The position numbers were made by a program, and so were the translations under genes. DNA of 64,000 bases from Octopus sinensis (Eukaryota), in assembly GCF_006345805.1 (NCBI RefSeq), contig NC_043020.1, positions 28,582,001 through 28,646,000 on the forward strand. Direction: 5' to 3'. Positions 11,465 to 22,847 of the stretch are shown one piece after another. Below the pieces are notes generated by a model. The model was given only the letters and a program-made list of their open reading frames with translations, was not told the origin of the DNA and did not search any database. Position 1 is the stretch's first letter; the number at the start of each line of letters is the position of its first letter.

Positions 11465-12630
11465 TAGGAAAGAAGACCTGAGTACTGTCAAGGAAATGGC
11501 TGCAGAACATCTGTGGAAAAGAGTAAATTGAAATTCTGTAAGGTGTAGCCAGTGTAGGCTTTGGATGTACAAGAGTCATAATGAGATTACAGGTAGGGTT
11601 ACAAAGGAGATGGAGTTCATAATTAGTAGATGCACTGGAAGAGGAAGTTCTAAGAGTACCTGGGAAATAGATTCTCTTAAATAGATGAATCCCTAGAAAT
11701 AGCTGATAGCTTTTGTTCCCCAGGTGACCCAATTAGCAGTAGAGGTGGGCGTATAAAAAGCATAGAAGTCAGGTGGAGAAAGGTCAGGGAGCTGCTGGTA
11801 ACAGTGTTTTATAAGGTGGTGAGATGGCAGAAACGTTAGCACACCGGGCGAAATGCTTACCGGTATTTCGTCTGCCGTTATGTTGTGAGTTCAAATTCCG
11901 CCGAGGTCGACTTTGCCTTTCATCCTTTCGGGGTGGATAAATTAAGTACCAGTTACACAATGGGGCCGATGTAATCAACTTAATCCGTTTGCCTGTCCTT
12001 GTTTGTTCCCTCTATGTTTAGCCCTTTGTGGGTAATAAAGAAATAGGTATTTCGTCTGCCGTTACGTTCGGAGTTCAAATTCCGCCGAGGTCGACTTTGC
12101 CTTTCATCCTTTCAGGGTCAATTAAATAAGTACCAGTTATGCACTGAAGTCGATCTAATCGACTTGATCCATTTGTCTGTCCTTGTTTGTCCCCTCTGTG
12201 TTTATTTAGCCCCTTGTGGATAGTAAAGAAATAGGTAACAGAATGTTTTATTTTCAAAGTGATGTGTAGATTGTATACTGCTTGTGTGCAAATTACTCTG
12301 TTGACTTGTTTGCAAAACAAGGGCCACAAATGGGGAGCATTTGTGAAAACTGGAAATAAATAAAGTGAACCTGCTCTGCAGGATGTGCAGTGTTAGTCTG
12401 CATGAATGAGAAAATAAAATTAAGCTGGCAGAAGAATTGGATATCAGAGTAATTGCATGTGATGCACATAAAGGAAGGCTGTGCTATTACAGGCATACAA
12501 TGCATATGGAAGGGGTATGGATGCTAAAGTAGATGGAACAAGACTGATCTCAAGATGCTGAGCTTTATGGAGAGGAGAGAAAGGACTATGACAATTGGTG
12601 AGACAGAATGTTAGGGAAGACCTCCTTCTC
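11465..12630 (+). mobile_element. Degenerate RTE-clade LINE ORF fragment, interrupted by a SINE multimer
   Basis: NSVRCSQCRLWMYKSHNEITGRVTKEMEFIISRCTG and MCSVSLHE..KLAEELDIRVIACDAHKGRLCYYRH match RTE C-terminal motifs; multiple stops. Confidence 0.75.
11813..12233 (+). mobile_element. SINE family A: monomer plus 5'-truncated second monomer in tandem
   Basis: Second unit restarts at ggtatttcgtctgccg (12046). Both units sit within one imperfect TSD ggtaacag(aa)tgtttta. Confidence 0.85.
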
Positions 12631-13727
12631 CTATGAACCTATTGTGAAAAGATCATTAAAAATATAAGTTATGATGGAGGCTAAAAATACAAAGTCTCCC
12701 CAGAAACGAATCCTAGGTAATACCTTGCCATGATGATGCACTGAGGTCCCAGCACTCCAAGGCTAAACCTATCAAAGCCTTTGTGGTGGCCTGTCTCCAG
12801 AGATGTTATATGTAGGCCCTTAGCGTGTGATCACACCATAGGATTCATGAAGGTGCATGGTTCAGTGGTTAGAGCACTGGGCTCACAATCATGAGGTAGT
12901 GAGTTCGATTCCCAGACCAGGCTGTGTGTCGTGTTCTTCTGGTTGAGAACCGCTTCACTACACTAATATTCAGCATTGACCATGCTTCCACCCTTATTCA
13001 TCATTTTCTCCTTCCACCTTTATCATCTCTAACCATCTGTCACTCTCTTCCCATATTCTTGGGAACTAACCTACCTACCCACCCATTCTGATCCTCTGTT
13101 CCTATATCTCTCTTATACTAACCCTCTTTTAACTTGAGGGTACAACCTGACACCTCATCACCCCTATCGTTTCTTTTGCTCTCTAGTTGGGGTATCCAAA
13201 TACATATATAAAAAATACAAAATGGGACAAGAACGCAAAACATCCGGACAATTAGGTGATACAAAAATGGGACAACAATACATCCAGATTGATGATACAA
13301 AGAAAACAAGGACGAGTCATTCGAAGATTTCTTTCCTCAGTCGAGTACCAGATTATCTTCGCAATTTTGGCTGATCTCCTCAGCTGTAAGACATCTGTTT
13401 CCTGGCCCCTCTATCGTACTTCAACCCCTCAGTTCCTGGCATAAGGCCACCTCCCTCAATTCTACACACCCACTGAGTTAAAGGGGGTTTGTCTTGCAAG
13501 TTACTTGGTGCTGCAAAAAAGCACCCAATATACTTTGTGAAGGGATTGGCGTCAGGAAGGGCATCTAGCCATAGAAACTATACCAAAGACATTGGAACTC
13601 CTGAGCTCACCATAGTCCTTTAGCTTGGAGGTTTCTGTTGAACCATCCGACCCATGCCAGCATGGACAATGGAGGTTAAATCATAATGGTGATTACTTAC
13701 ACACACACACACGAATATGTACATAAC

Positions 13728-14127
13728 TGGGATCTTTTCGGTTTGAACTGCAGTTTTTTCTAGTGGTGTCATATGAAATTGTCACCCATAATTATGACCC
13801 TAGTATCGATCTATTGCATTTCAATCTGTCTTAGGGTTAGGGGGATGGGTATCTTTTTTTCTTCGCAAATGTAAATAAACCCAATCTGTCTCTTAAACGA
13901 GGGACATATTCATACGGCACAGAATGTTTTCACCTCAGTAGACGTCATTGATTGGTTGAAATTGCAGAAAAAAAACAACAAATATCTTACAAACTATAGA
14001 ATTTTCTCAAGAAAGCCAAGAGAAAATTATGTTTTATAAACACATTCTACCAGTATACGAAGTTTAAAAGTGTCTAGTTACGTGGAAATTATTATAAAAA
14101 ACTGCCGTTCAAACCGAAAAGATCTCA
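13728..14127. mobile_element. 400-bp MITE with ~32-bp TIRs
   Basis: TGGGATCTTTTCGGTTTGAACTGCAGTTTTTT versus AAAAAACTGCCGTTCAAACCGAAAAGATCTCA. Confidence 0.85.
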
Positions 14128-14349
14128 TAAATGTCTCGGAACGAAACTCTTTCCCCTTAAGCAACTGCCATAGTATTTTCAACCAATTAGAAAAGTTATG
14201 TACAGTCGGCATTACGTATTAAGTTTTCCTCCCCAAACCCCGTTTCTGAACCAAACGCACTTCCTATATAAATATATAATAATATCCACTGCATAGGTTT
14301 ACACACACATATGTGAGTGTGTAAACAGATAGAAAGGTAGACAGAATTG

Positions 14350-14820
14350 TCTTCCTCATACTTCCTTATATCTTTTCTCTCTCTCTCACATACACACGCT
14401 CTCTCTTTCCCTGTGCATATTTTACTCTTTTTCTTGTCTCTTTCTCTCTCTCTTACATACAGACATACATACATAGAAACACACACTCTCTCTATTTTCT
14501 TCTCTCTTTCTCTCTCTCACATACACACACACACTCTCTGTCTCTCTTTCCCCTTTCATATTTCACTCTTTCTCTCTCTCTCTCACATACACACACTCTC
14601 CCTCTCTTTCCCCTTGCATATTTCACTCTTTCTCTACTCTTTTCTTCTTTCTCTCTCTCTCTCACACACACTCTGTGTCTCTCTTTCCCCTTGCATATCT
14701 CACTCTTTTTCTTCTCTCTTTCTCTCTCACATACACTCTCTCTCTTTCCCCTTGCACATTTCCCTCTTTCACTTCTCCTCTTCTCTCCTTTCTCTCTCTC
14801 TCCCCCATTTCTCCTCACCA
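14350..14820. repeat. (CT)/(CA)-rich degenerate tandem repeat (about 5 units of tttccccttgcatatttcactct)
   Basis: Motif recurs at ~14406, 14547, 14606, 14684 and 14744. Confidence 0.85.
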
Positions 14821-14946
14821 AAAAACAAAAACAAAAACCCCCCACAAGCGTGACTTCCTCCCCCTCCCTCCCTCTCCCTCCATCGTCGTAACGACGAGAA
14901 TCCCGTCGATAATCTCGCCGCTGTCCTGTTCTCTCTTCTCTCTTAC

Positions 14947-15150
14947 TCGCCATTTTGTCGAAGCCTTCACATTTGTTGTGGTTTTTTTTTTCCCTCTTTC
15001 CCGCCTCACAACTCCACTTCTATGGAATGCCTGCTCCAGCCGATCAACACTTTACTCAACATGTCCAGATACCCTGCGGAACACCACATACAGGTTCGCC
15101 TCCCAATCTCAGTTTCTCCTCCCAACTTTGCTCTTTTCCTCAACCAATGG
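14947..15150 (-). promoter_or_regulatory. Probable promoter and first exon of an unidentified - strand gene
   Basis: On -: two ATTGG (CCAAT) boxes about 40 bp apart, a GGCGGG element, a YY1-like caaaATGGCG at 14957-14948, and a donor-like A|GTAAGA at 14946. Locally CpG-rich in a CpG-poor background. Confidence 0.55.
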
Positions 15151-15424
15151 CCTCCTCCTCCTCTGCCTCGCTCCTCTCGTCTCCGTCTCTTCGCTTTCTT
15201 CTCCACTTTTTTTCGCTCTTTTTTTTGTTTTTCTGGATGTTTTGTTGTTACTGCTGCCTTCTTCTTTTTATTTGTGTTAATCCATTGATCTAGTTCTTCT
15301 TGTTTTAGGAAAATTTTGCTTTCCTCCCGATGACAGTTTCAATGTATGTAGATCGCCTCGTGCACCACATATGTGGACGTTACTGAACGCGTACCTGCTG
15401 TATACATACGTGTGTATATGTGTA

Positions 15425-15474
<50 letters not shown>

Positions 15475-15539
15475 TACATACATACACACATATACGTAAA
15501 ACAGTCATATTCATACACACACAATATTAACACTCACAC

Positions 15540-16025
15540 ATATGTATATATATATATATATATATATACAGATGTATGTGTGTATATATATATACAGATA
15601 TATATATACAGATGTATGTGTGTATATATATATACAGATATATATTACAGATGTATGTGTGTATATATATATACAGATATATATATACAGATGTATGTGT
15701 GTATATATATATACAGATATATATATACAGATGTATGTGTGTATATATATATACAGATATATATATACAGATGTATGTGTGTATATATATATACAGATAT
15801 ATATACAGATGTATGTGTGTATATATATATATATATATTTGTATTTATATATATATATAGATGTATGTATGTATGTGTGTATATATATAGATGTATGTAT
15901 GTGTATATATAGATGTAGATGTATGTATGTATATATATATATTTAACACGCACACATATGTATGTGTATATATATATATGTGTATATATATACATATATA
16001 CACACATATATATATACACACACAT
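15540..16025. repeat. (TA)n-derived minisatellite with ~38-40-bp unit acagatgtatgtgtgtatatatatatacagatatatatat
   Basis: About 6-7 visible units, decaying at the 3' side. Confidence 0.9.
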
Positions 16026-16029
16026 ATAT

Positions 16030-16190
16030 ATACCGGAGTGAATTTCTGCTGCTCTTAAATAAAGTATATGTATATGAAAGAAAAAAAGGTGTTCAAAATG
16101 CTGGATGGTTGTAAAAATATATATTTATTTACATATCACATATTATTTCTTCAGCGCTTTCAACTACTCCTGTAGTTTCATCATATATAC
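16030..16190 (-). mobile_element. Penelope-like terminal remnant with a degenerate hammerhead
   Basis: On -: (A)TGATGA-AACTAC-AGGA-GTAGTT-GAAA-GCGCT-G. C3 and the cleavage base are non-canonical; embedded in (TA)n. Confidence 0.45.
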
Positions 16191-16436
16191 ATAAATATAT
16201 GAAATATGGATTAGAGATAAAACCACTATTATTCAACTCAAACAGTGATAGACATAAACCAATACATAAATAACCAATATATATATATTTTTATAAAACA
16301 TATAACTTATAACTACATCTCAAAAAGTATAAAATGAATGATAAAAATATATAAGCAAAAACATATATACATACATATATATATACACACTCATGATAGT
16401 TATGCGTGTGCACATATATATACATACATATATATA

Positions 16437-16509
<73 letters not shown>

Positions 16510-17199
16510 GCTCAATCACTAATGACACAGATTTTAATACAGATATACGCATTTATATACACATGTAAAAGAGAAAGTATTATATATATATGTGTGTGAG
16601 TGACTTATTACGTTATCCACCCTCAGTAACGAAGACGACATAATCACCGATATGTCACCGTTGTACAGTGATTGCCTTTTTATATATCTGCCTACAACAG
16701 TGATTATTATTATTATTATTATTATTATTATTTTTGTTTCCTTTTTGATGTTGAGGGGGCTTCACGTTTTCTTCTTTCACCTTAAGGTTTAACAAGTTAC
16801 TTGACATGGGATCATAGCATCGGATTCATACGCTACCGCAGGCAATAATATAAAACTTGAAATATCTTCATTTGCTAATTAAGTTCGTAACCAGACACGA
16901 ATGGATCTCTACATTTAGGTCTATGTCGATGGATCTCTTTATTCTAAAACCCCTCCTTGTTCAAAATGGCTCGCTACTCAATTGACATGGCCACAATCCA
17001 TAGACTTTATATTATTGCCATGTCCAGTGGAGGTCAAGCATTATTAACCCGCAGCCTGTGTGGAGTCCCTTTCGAAGTCTCCCCACTTCATACCTCAACC
17101 GATTTTACACCCTTTGTCTTGGCTGGACCTCATACTTGAAATAAGATAACCGTGCAGTTTCCACTCTAATCTATTTGGAAGTGGTTACATAATCATTAA

Positions 17200-17320
17200 C
17201 CTCGGTTTATACTCCTGCTTTGTCCAGTTCGGCCCTCTTTCAGAAGTGTCAGTTTCAAAACCGGAAGTGACCTCCGACGACTGCCAGCAATGTTCACTTT
17301 CACTATAGGATAGGTAACGA
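17200..17320 (+). promoter_or_regulatory. Promoter-like block with an ETS site and candidate non-coding first exon (possibly of PPP6R)
   Basis: Perfect ETS consensus ACCGGAAGTG at 17260-17269, several CpGs, donor ATAG|GTAACG at 17314. The link to PPP6R is inference. Confidence 0.5.
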
Positions 17321-18329
17321 AGCAGCTAAATGTGCTTCATTAAAAACGTTTAAGAGTCGTTAATTATCCACTGTAGAGTTATTTAAAACCATTTCAATTT
17401 CATTTCACAAATGTCATTTGGGATTTTGATTTTTGAAAGTTGGATAATTCTCCAAGAACGCATCAAATTCACTTAAATGAGATGTTTCTCCATCTCCCAT
17501 CCCGACCTTCCCCTCTGCTGAACTAGCCTTCATGCTTCCTCTTACGTATTATTATCATTATTATTACTACTTTAATGGTTTACTGCTTTGTGAACTTATT
17601 TCTTAGTCATGGAGAGTCTATTTCATATTCTCGTCGAGCAAATTTCCTCCTTCCGCCACTCTTATCACGTTCCTCTCCAACTTCCTTTTCCGCTCATATC
17701 CTGGTCCTTATTTCTTCTCCCCGTCAGTCATATCGCATTCCTCTGCAACTTCTTCCTCGTTTAAAGACTGCAGGATTTCTCTAGTAAAAGGCGGAACAAG
17801 ACTTATTTTCGGGCCCTGGAATGCAGGAATTCTCTGGAAACTTAAAGGGGTGTGGCTTTTTTTTTGTTTGTTTTTGTTTGGGAGGGGCCCCCACAAATAG
17901 TTACTAACCCTTTCTCGGCGCTCCGGGCCCAGACTAATGTATCAGCTGACCCCCCCCTTATAAGTCCTGTTCATATCGTACCATCTGCAGGAGGAACATC
18001 TGGGTTGTGGTTTTCATTATCATTTTCGTCATCATTATTTAACATCCATGTTCCATATTGGAATGGGTTAGATGGGTTGGCAAGATCCGACAAGTCCAAG
18101 GATTACATCATGCTTCAATGTCTGCTTTGGCATGGTTTTTATGGCTGGATACCCTTCCTAACGCCAACCACTTTACAGCCTGTATTGGGTGTCTCTGCCA
18201 TGGCACCAGCGCTAATGAAGTCATCTTGTAGTTTGTAAGACAATGAACCCTGAGGGAAGTGGATTCAGGCTAGCAGATGAGGAGTTGAAATATTATGGGG
18301 CCAGAGCAGAGCAGGTTTCTTGCTGCAGA

Positions 18330-18720
18330 AGAGTTACATAGTTATTCATATTTTAGAAGAGAGGGTGGGAGTGAGTGGGTTGGAACTGGAAAGATATAAA
18401 GATTGTGATGAGGTGTCTGAGTGGACCTTCAAGGTATGAGGTGAGAAGTGATTGGGAACAAAAGAACCAGGAGTGTGGATGGGTAGAGGTTGTAAGAGTG
18501 TTTGGGAGAGTGAGATATGGGGAATGAGTGAGGGGGGTGATTATAGTGAATAAGAAAGTGTTTTGGGGGTCGAGGGGGTAGGTGATAGCTGTAGAAATTG
18601 GGTAGGGTTGAGGGGTGAATTGTTGGGAGGGGTCCACCAATGATGCATATGAGTCAGGGAAGATAAGGGAGAGTAGGTGATGACTGGCAGTACAGAAAAA
18701 GGGGTGGGGGTGAAGATCAA
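18330..18720 (-). mobile_element. Possible Penelope-like RT remnant
   Basis: C-rich on the - strand; weak resemblance of HSWFFCSQSLLTSYLEGPL to the Penelope RPIVS.C..PT..IS.YLD motif. Confidence 0.3.
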
Positions 18721-19099
18721 CTAAATAGTAATGATGATACAACAGACAAGGGAAGTGTTTTGCTCAAGAACACAATGCACTGCCAATCTGGGAATTAAAA
18801 ACCATGATTTTGTAGCCCTGAGTGCAAAACCCCAACCACTAGACCACACGCTTCCACCCAACAAGAAGCAAACATTAAAAACTCTTTATAAGTATTAATT
18901 TTGATTTGGTGAAGAATAAAGAATTGGCTTTCTGCCAGTGCTTCTGTTTGTGCTGGAGAGGAAGTGTGTATTATCTAGGGATTAGTCATTGACTGGTGGA
19001 CAGCATTTTTTGGTTTTGAGTAACAACCCATTTATAAACCAGACAGTCACAAAGACAACAACAGACTCATACAAAAGTATTCTCACTGCAATGGAGATG

Positions 19100-19530
19100 T
19101 CACAATCTGGTTGTGGCAGAAAAGACATGGAAGTTGTCTTGTAAAGTCTTCTTTATTATTAACTTCTATAGATTGACCTCACTCATTGTCCTTCACTTTA
19201 CTGCTATGTTCCTATGTTTGTATTGCTTGGGCATGGCTTCTCTAGCACAGTGTCTCACTGCTTCTTTCAACTCATTGTTATCTCCTTTGTGGGGTTTGGC
19301 ATCCTGAGATTATCCTCTTTTGTAGTTGTATTTCACCTTAATTACTTGGCACTTTTTTTTTTTACTCAATTGTCCTCCTTTATATGCCTCATGTCCTGTG
19401 GCTTCTCACGGCTCATTTATTGTGTTGTTATGAAATACACATTCAGCAGAACATGTCCACTTCATTTCTTTCCAACCTTCTCAAATACTTCACATTCAGT
19501 GTCCATACTTAGGAGAATATTGTCTTAATG
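19100..19530 (-). mobile_element. Degenerate RTE LINE 3' fragment
   Basis: On -: LRRLERNEVDMFC*MC resembles RTE MRKLARNEASMLRWMC. Confidence 0.55.
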
Positions 19531-20499
19531 ACTAGCACATCAGATGTATTGTCTGATATTGAATCAAGACTGTACCATTTGATTGGGAGGGTGCATGGGT
19601 TGCTGTAGAATGATGATGGTGTGACAATAGCTTCTCAAGTTTGATCCTACGTTCTTGGAGTTTTAGACTTTTAATAAATGATTGATAGAAGAATGTAAGC
19701 ATAAAGCTATACTAAATGCCTGGTTGCATAAAAAAGTTTGAAATGCAATTTGGAACCTCATCTCTTGAAGAGGCAAGTGGATCATATGTCAAAGAGGTTG
19801 GTAGCCCTGATGAAATAACAAATTGGAACAGTTTGAGGGAGGGTTTTGTGCAACCTGTACCAACAATTAAAGGGAAAAGCATTGAGATGAAACCTACAGT
19901 TTGTACCCATCAACCAGTGACAAATGTTACTTTCCTGCTCATAAGAGGTTTTTACTATAGGTGTAAGGCCTGAACTTTTGGAGGAGGCTTTTGTCAATTA
20001 CATTGACTTCTGTGCCCAACTGATGCTTATTTTCTTGACCCTGAAAGAATGAAACGCAAAGTCCATCTCAGCAGAATTTGAACTCAGAAAAGCTGGCAAA
20101 AATGCTGCAAGGCATTTTGTCTTGTACACTAATGATTCTGCTAGCTTGCTGCCATCCTACTCAGAAAATTAAACTTTTTACCTGCAAATAGTGAACTACA
20201 TTTAAGGGGTGAGGGTAACCATTAACTGCAGTCAGTAGAGTCCCTTCTGGGGTCTATTCACTTCATATCTCAACCAAATATATACTGTTCTTACCTTTGC
20301 TGGATGATTGAATATAGAACCCTTTCTGAAGTCAGTCCAGTTCATATCTCAACCAAATAGGTACCCTTTGCCTTGGCTGGAGAATCGACCATATATATAT
20401 ATATATATTCCTGGTACTTTGAGATAACTGATGAGTTTTCTCTATAATCCGTTGTTGTGGTGATTACACATTCATTAACCTCAGCTCGTGCCTCTATTT

Positions 20500-20715
20500 T
20501 TATTCAGTTCAAACTTGTTTCAGAATTTTGTCAGTTTCAAAACCGGAAATAACCTGATGAATGCTGGCAACATTCACTTTCACTCTAGGATAGGCATGAG
20601 AGGTAGGCCCCGAAACGGCGCGCATTCTCTCCTGATGACCCCATACATTTGCTGGCTTCCGGTATGCGGAGTTTTTGACTGGTCGCACTTGCATGCGCAA
20701 GTTGTTTGCAAAACA
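20500..20715 (+). promoter_or_regulatory. Diverged duplicate of the 17.2 kb promoter block plus a CpG-rich segment with ETS and NRF1-like motifs
   Basis: gtcagtttcaaaaccggaa...ttcactttcact.taggatagg is shared with 17248-17314. Also CTTCCGG and TTGCATGCGCA. Confidence 0.45.
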
Positions 20716-21807
20716 TGTACAATATTATAAACTATCTACTGTAGACATCTTAAGAATTTATTAACTTTCAAGAGAGGGTGAAATACTTCCTTTTTGGAAC
20801 AGTGGATCTCGAAGCACATCAAGCTATGAGTAACATTGTGTAAACATTGAATTTGAAAACCCTTTTGTGGGTTTGTGTCCCATGGGAAGCCTTTGAAAAG
20901 GGGTTTTCAAACCAGTATGTAAATGCTATAATTCACGTGCTTTGAGGTCCACTGTTCCATGAAAGGATTATCTCCTGTAAAATCAGAGAGAGCATTTCAA
21001 TTTTGTTTAAACAAAAGCCATTGGGGATTTCATCTTTGAAACCTGAGCTGCACTATGGAAGCACATCTAATTCACTTAACTAAATGGGGAAAACTTAAAC
21101 CTAGCACTTCCACTTAGGGTTCGTAATACAAACAGCACCGAGTGATAACTACCGATTGAAACCTCTGAGTGCAAAGAAGAGCTTGGAGCTCCCTTAAAAA
21201 TTTGAATTTGTCAGTGGAATTGAAGTGGATAGAGAACGGTATCAGCTCAGCTACAGTTTCTTTCCCAAATCTCCTGTTCATAACAACTTGCAAAATGCAT
21301 TATTCGAGTGTGCTTAATATCCGCAGTAATTTCAGTCTCCCTCCGCTCTTGCTGGGAATGTTAAATCTACCTGCTTCAGTCACGCTGATAAGATTACGCA
21401 ATCAGCTTAAGCTAGCTAGGTGCTTAGTAACTGGACTATCCCCCTCAAAATACATTGCCCACGGCTTTGTATACGCTTCCATTCTGGTATACTGGAAGTC
21501 TTGGCTGTGTGGGTAAGAAGCTGGCTTTACGACTACATGGTTTCGGGTTCAATTCCACTGTGTGGCGCTTTGGGAGTGTGTGTTCTACAGTAGCCCTGAG
21601 TTAGCCAATACCTTGTGAGAGAATATGGTAGACTGAAACTGAAAGAAGCCTATTAGTATATATATATGTATGTGTGTGTGTGTGTGTTTCCCCTCCATTC
21701 CACTGCTTGACAACTGGTGTTGGTTTGTTTATGTCCCTGTAACTTACTAGTCCAGCCTTAGAAACCGTTAGAATAAGTACTATATAAATAAGTACTGGTG
21801 TTGATTC

Positions 21808-22047
21808 CATCATCATCATCATCGTCGTTTAACGTCCGCTTTCCATGCTAGCATGGGTTGGACTGTTTGACTGAGGACTGGCGAACCAGATGGCTGCACC
21901 AGGCTTCAGTCTTGATCTGGCAGAGTTTCTACAGCTGGATGCCCTTCCTAATGCCAACCACTCTGAGAGTGTAGTGGGTGCTTTTATGTGCCACCGACAT
22001 GGAGGGGCCAGTCAGGCGGTACTGACAATGACCTCGCTCGAATTTTT
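21808..22047 (-). mobile_element. Family C retroposon 3' end
   Basis: (CAT)n followed by the reverse-complemented conserved tail. Confidence 0.85.
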
Positions 22048-22613
22048 GACTAAAATCCTTGAAGGTGGTGCCCCAGCATGGCCGCAGTCTAATAATGACT
22101 GAGACAAGTAAAAAGATAAGCTGTTGCAGATGTTTCACACTAGAGAGGTGTTTCTTAAATAGAATCCGCTCTGTTCTCTCGTTTCATTTCATACATTGAC
22201 TGGTTGCCCAAATTTTCCAGCCTCAATTGCTTATCAAACAAATATTTGCTAAAAAAAAAAAAAAAGTTAATCTGATTGCCTGACCTGAATCGGTTCAGGC
22301 AATTATCTCATTGCAGTGGCAATTGCAGTGGCTCTACGGTGATTAACCTTAATGATTTTACTCAAATCTGTTGCCAAAAATGCACGATTGCTCAACCTGC
22401 TAGAAAGAACAGTCAGATTCCCCCTCAAGCTGCGCTCTATCGTCTTAAACGAAAAATAAAAAGAAAAGAAAACAATTTAGATACTCTGTTTGAAAATATG
22501 CTAGGTAGGTCATGGCTAGACTGCTTTGATCATAGATTTACTCAGGTACGTAAATATTAATGACCTGTAGGGACAACATATTTTGTTATGCAACCAAAGT
22601 ATATTAAATGTTT

Positions 22614-22847
22614 TAAGGCCAATAGCTGGCAGAATCGTTAGCACGCCAGGCGAAATGCCTTGTGGTATTTCGCCCACCGCTGCGTTCTGAGTTCAAATTC
22701 CACCAAGGTCGACTTTGCCTTTCATCCTTTCGGGGTCGATAAATTAAGTACCAGTTTTGCACTGGGGTCGATGTAATCGACTTAATCCCTTTGTCTGTCC
22801 TTGTTTGTCCCCTCTGTGTTTAGCCCCTTGTGAGCAGTAAAGAAATA
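22614..22847 (+). mobile_element. SINE family A with 14-bp TSD
   Basis: TSD TATATTAAATGTTT at 22600-22613 and 22848-22861. Confidence 0.9.

Noticed and set aside
13310-13345. Hammerhead-like CTGAGGA...CGAA on the - strand
   Set aside because: GAAA is broken, stem II closure is wrong and there is no valid stem III.
14196-16599. Long ORFs such as 14347-14853, 14675-15280 and 15542-15946
   Set aside because: They translate (CT)n, (CA)n and (TA)n repeats; low-complexity artefacts.
19716-19973. 85-aa ORF MPGCIKKF...
   Set aside because: No splice context or recognisable motif; this length is expected by chance in 64 kb.
20605-20650. GAAAC...CTGATGA as a type II hammerhead
   Set aside because: Stem II arms are both C-runs and there is no GUH site.
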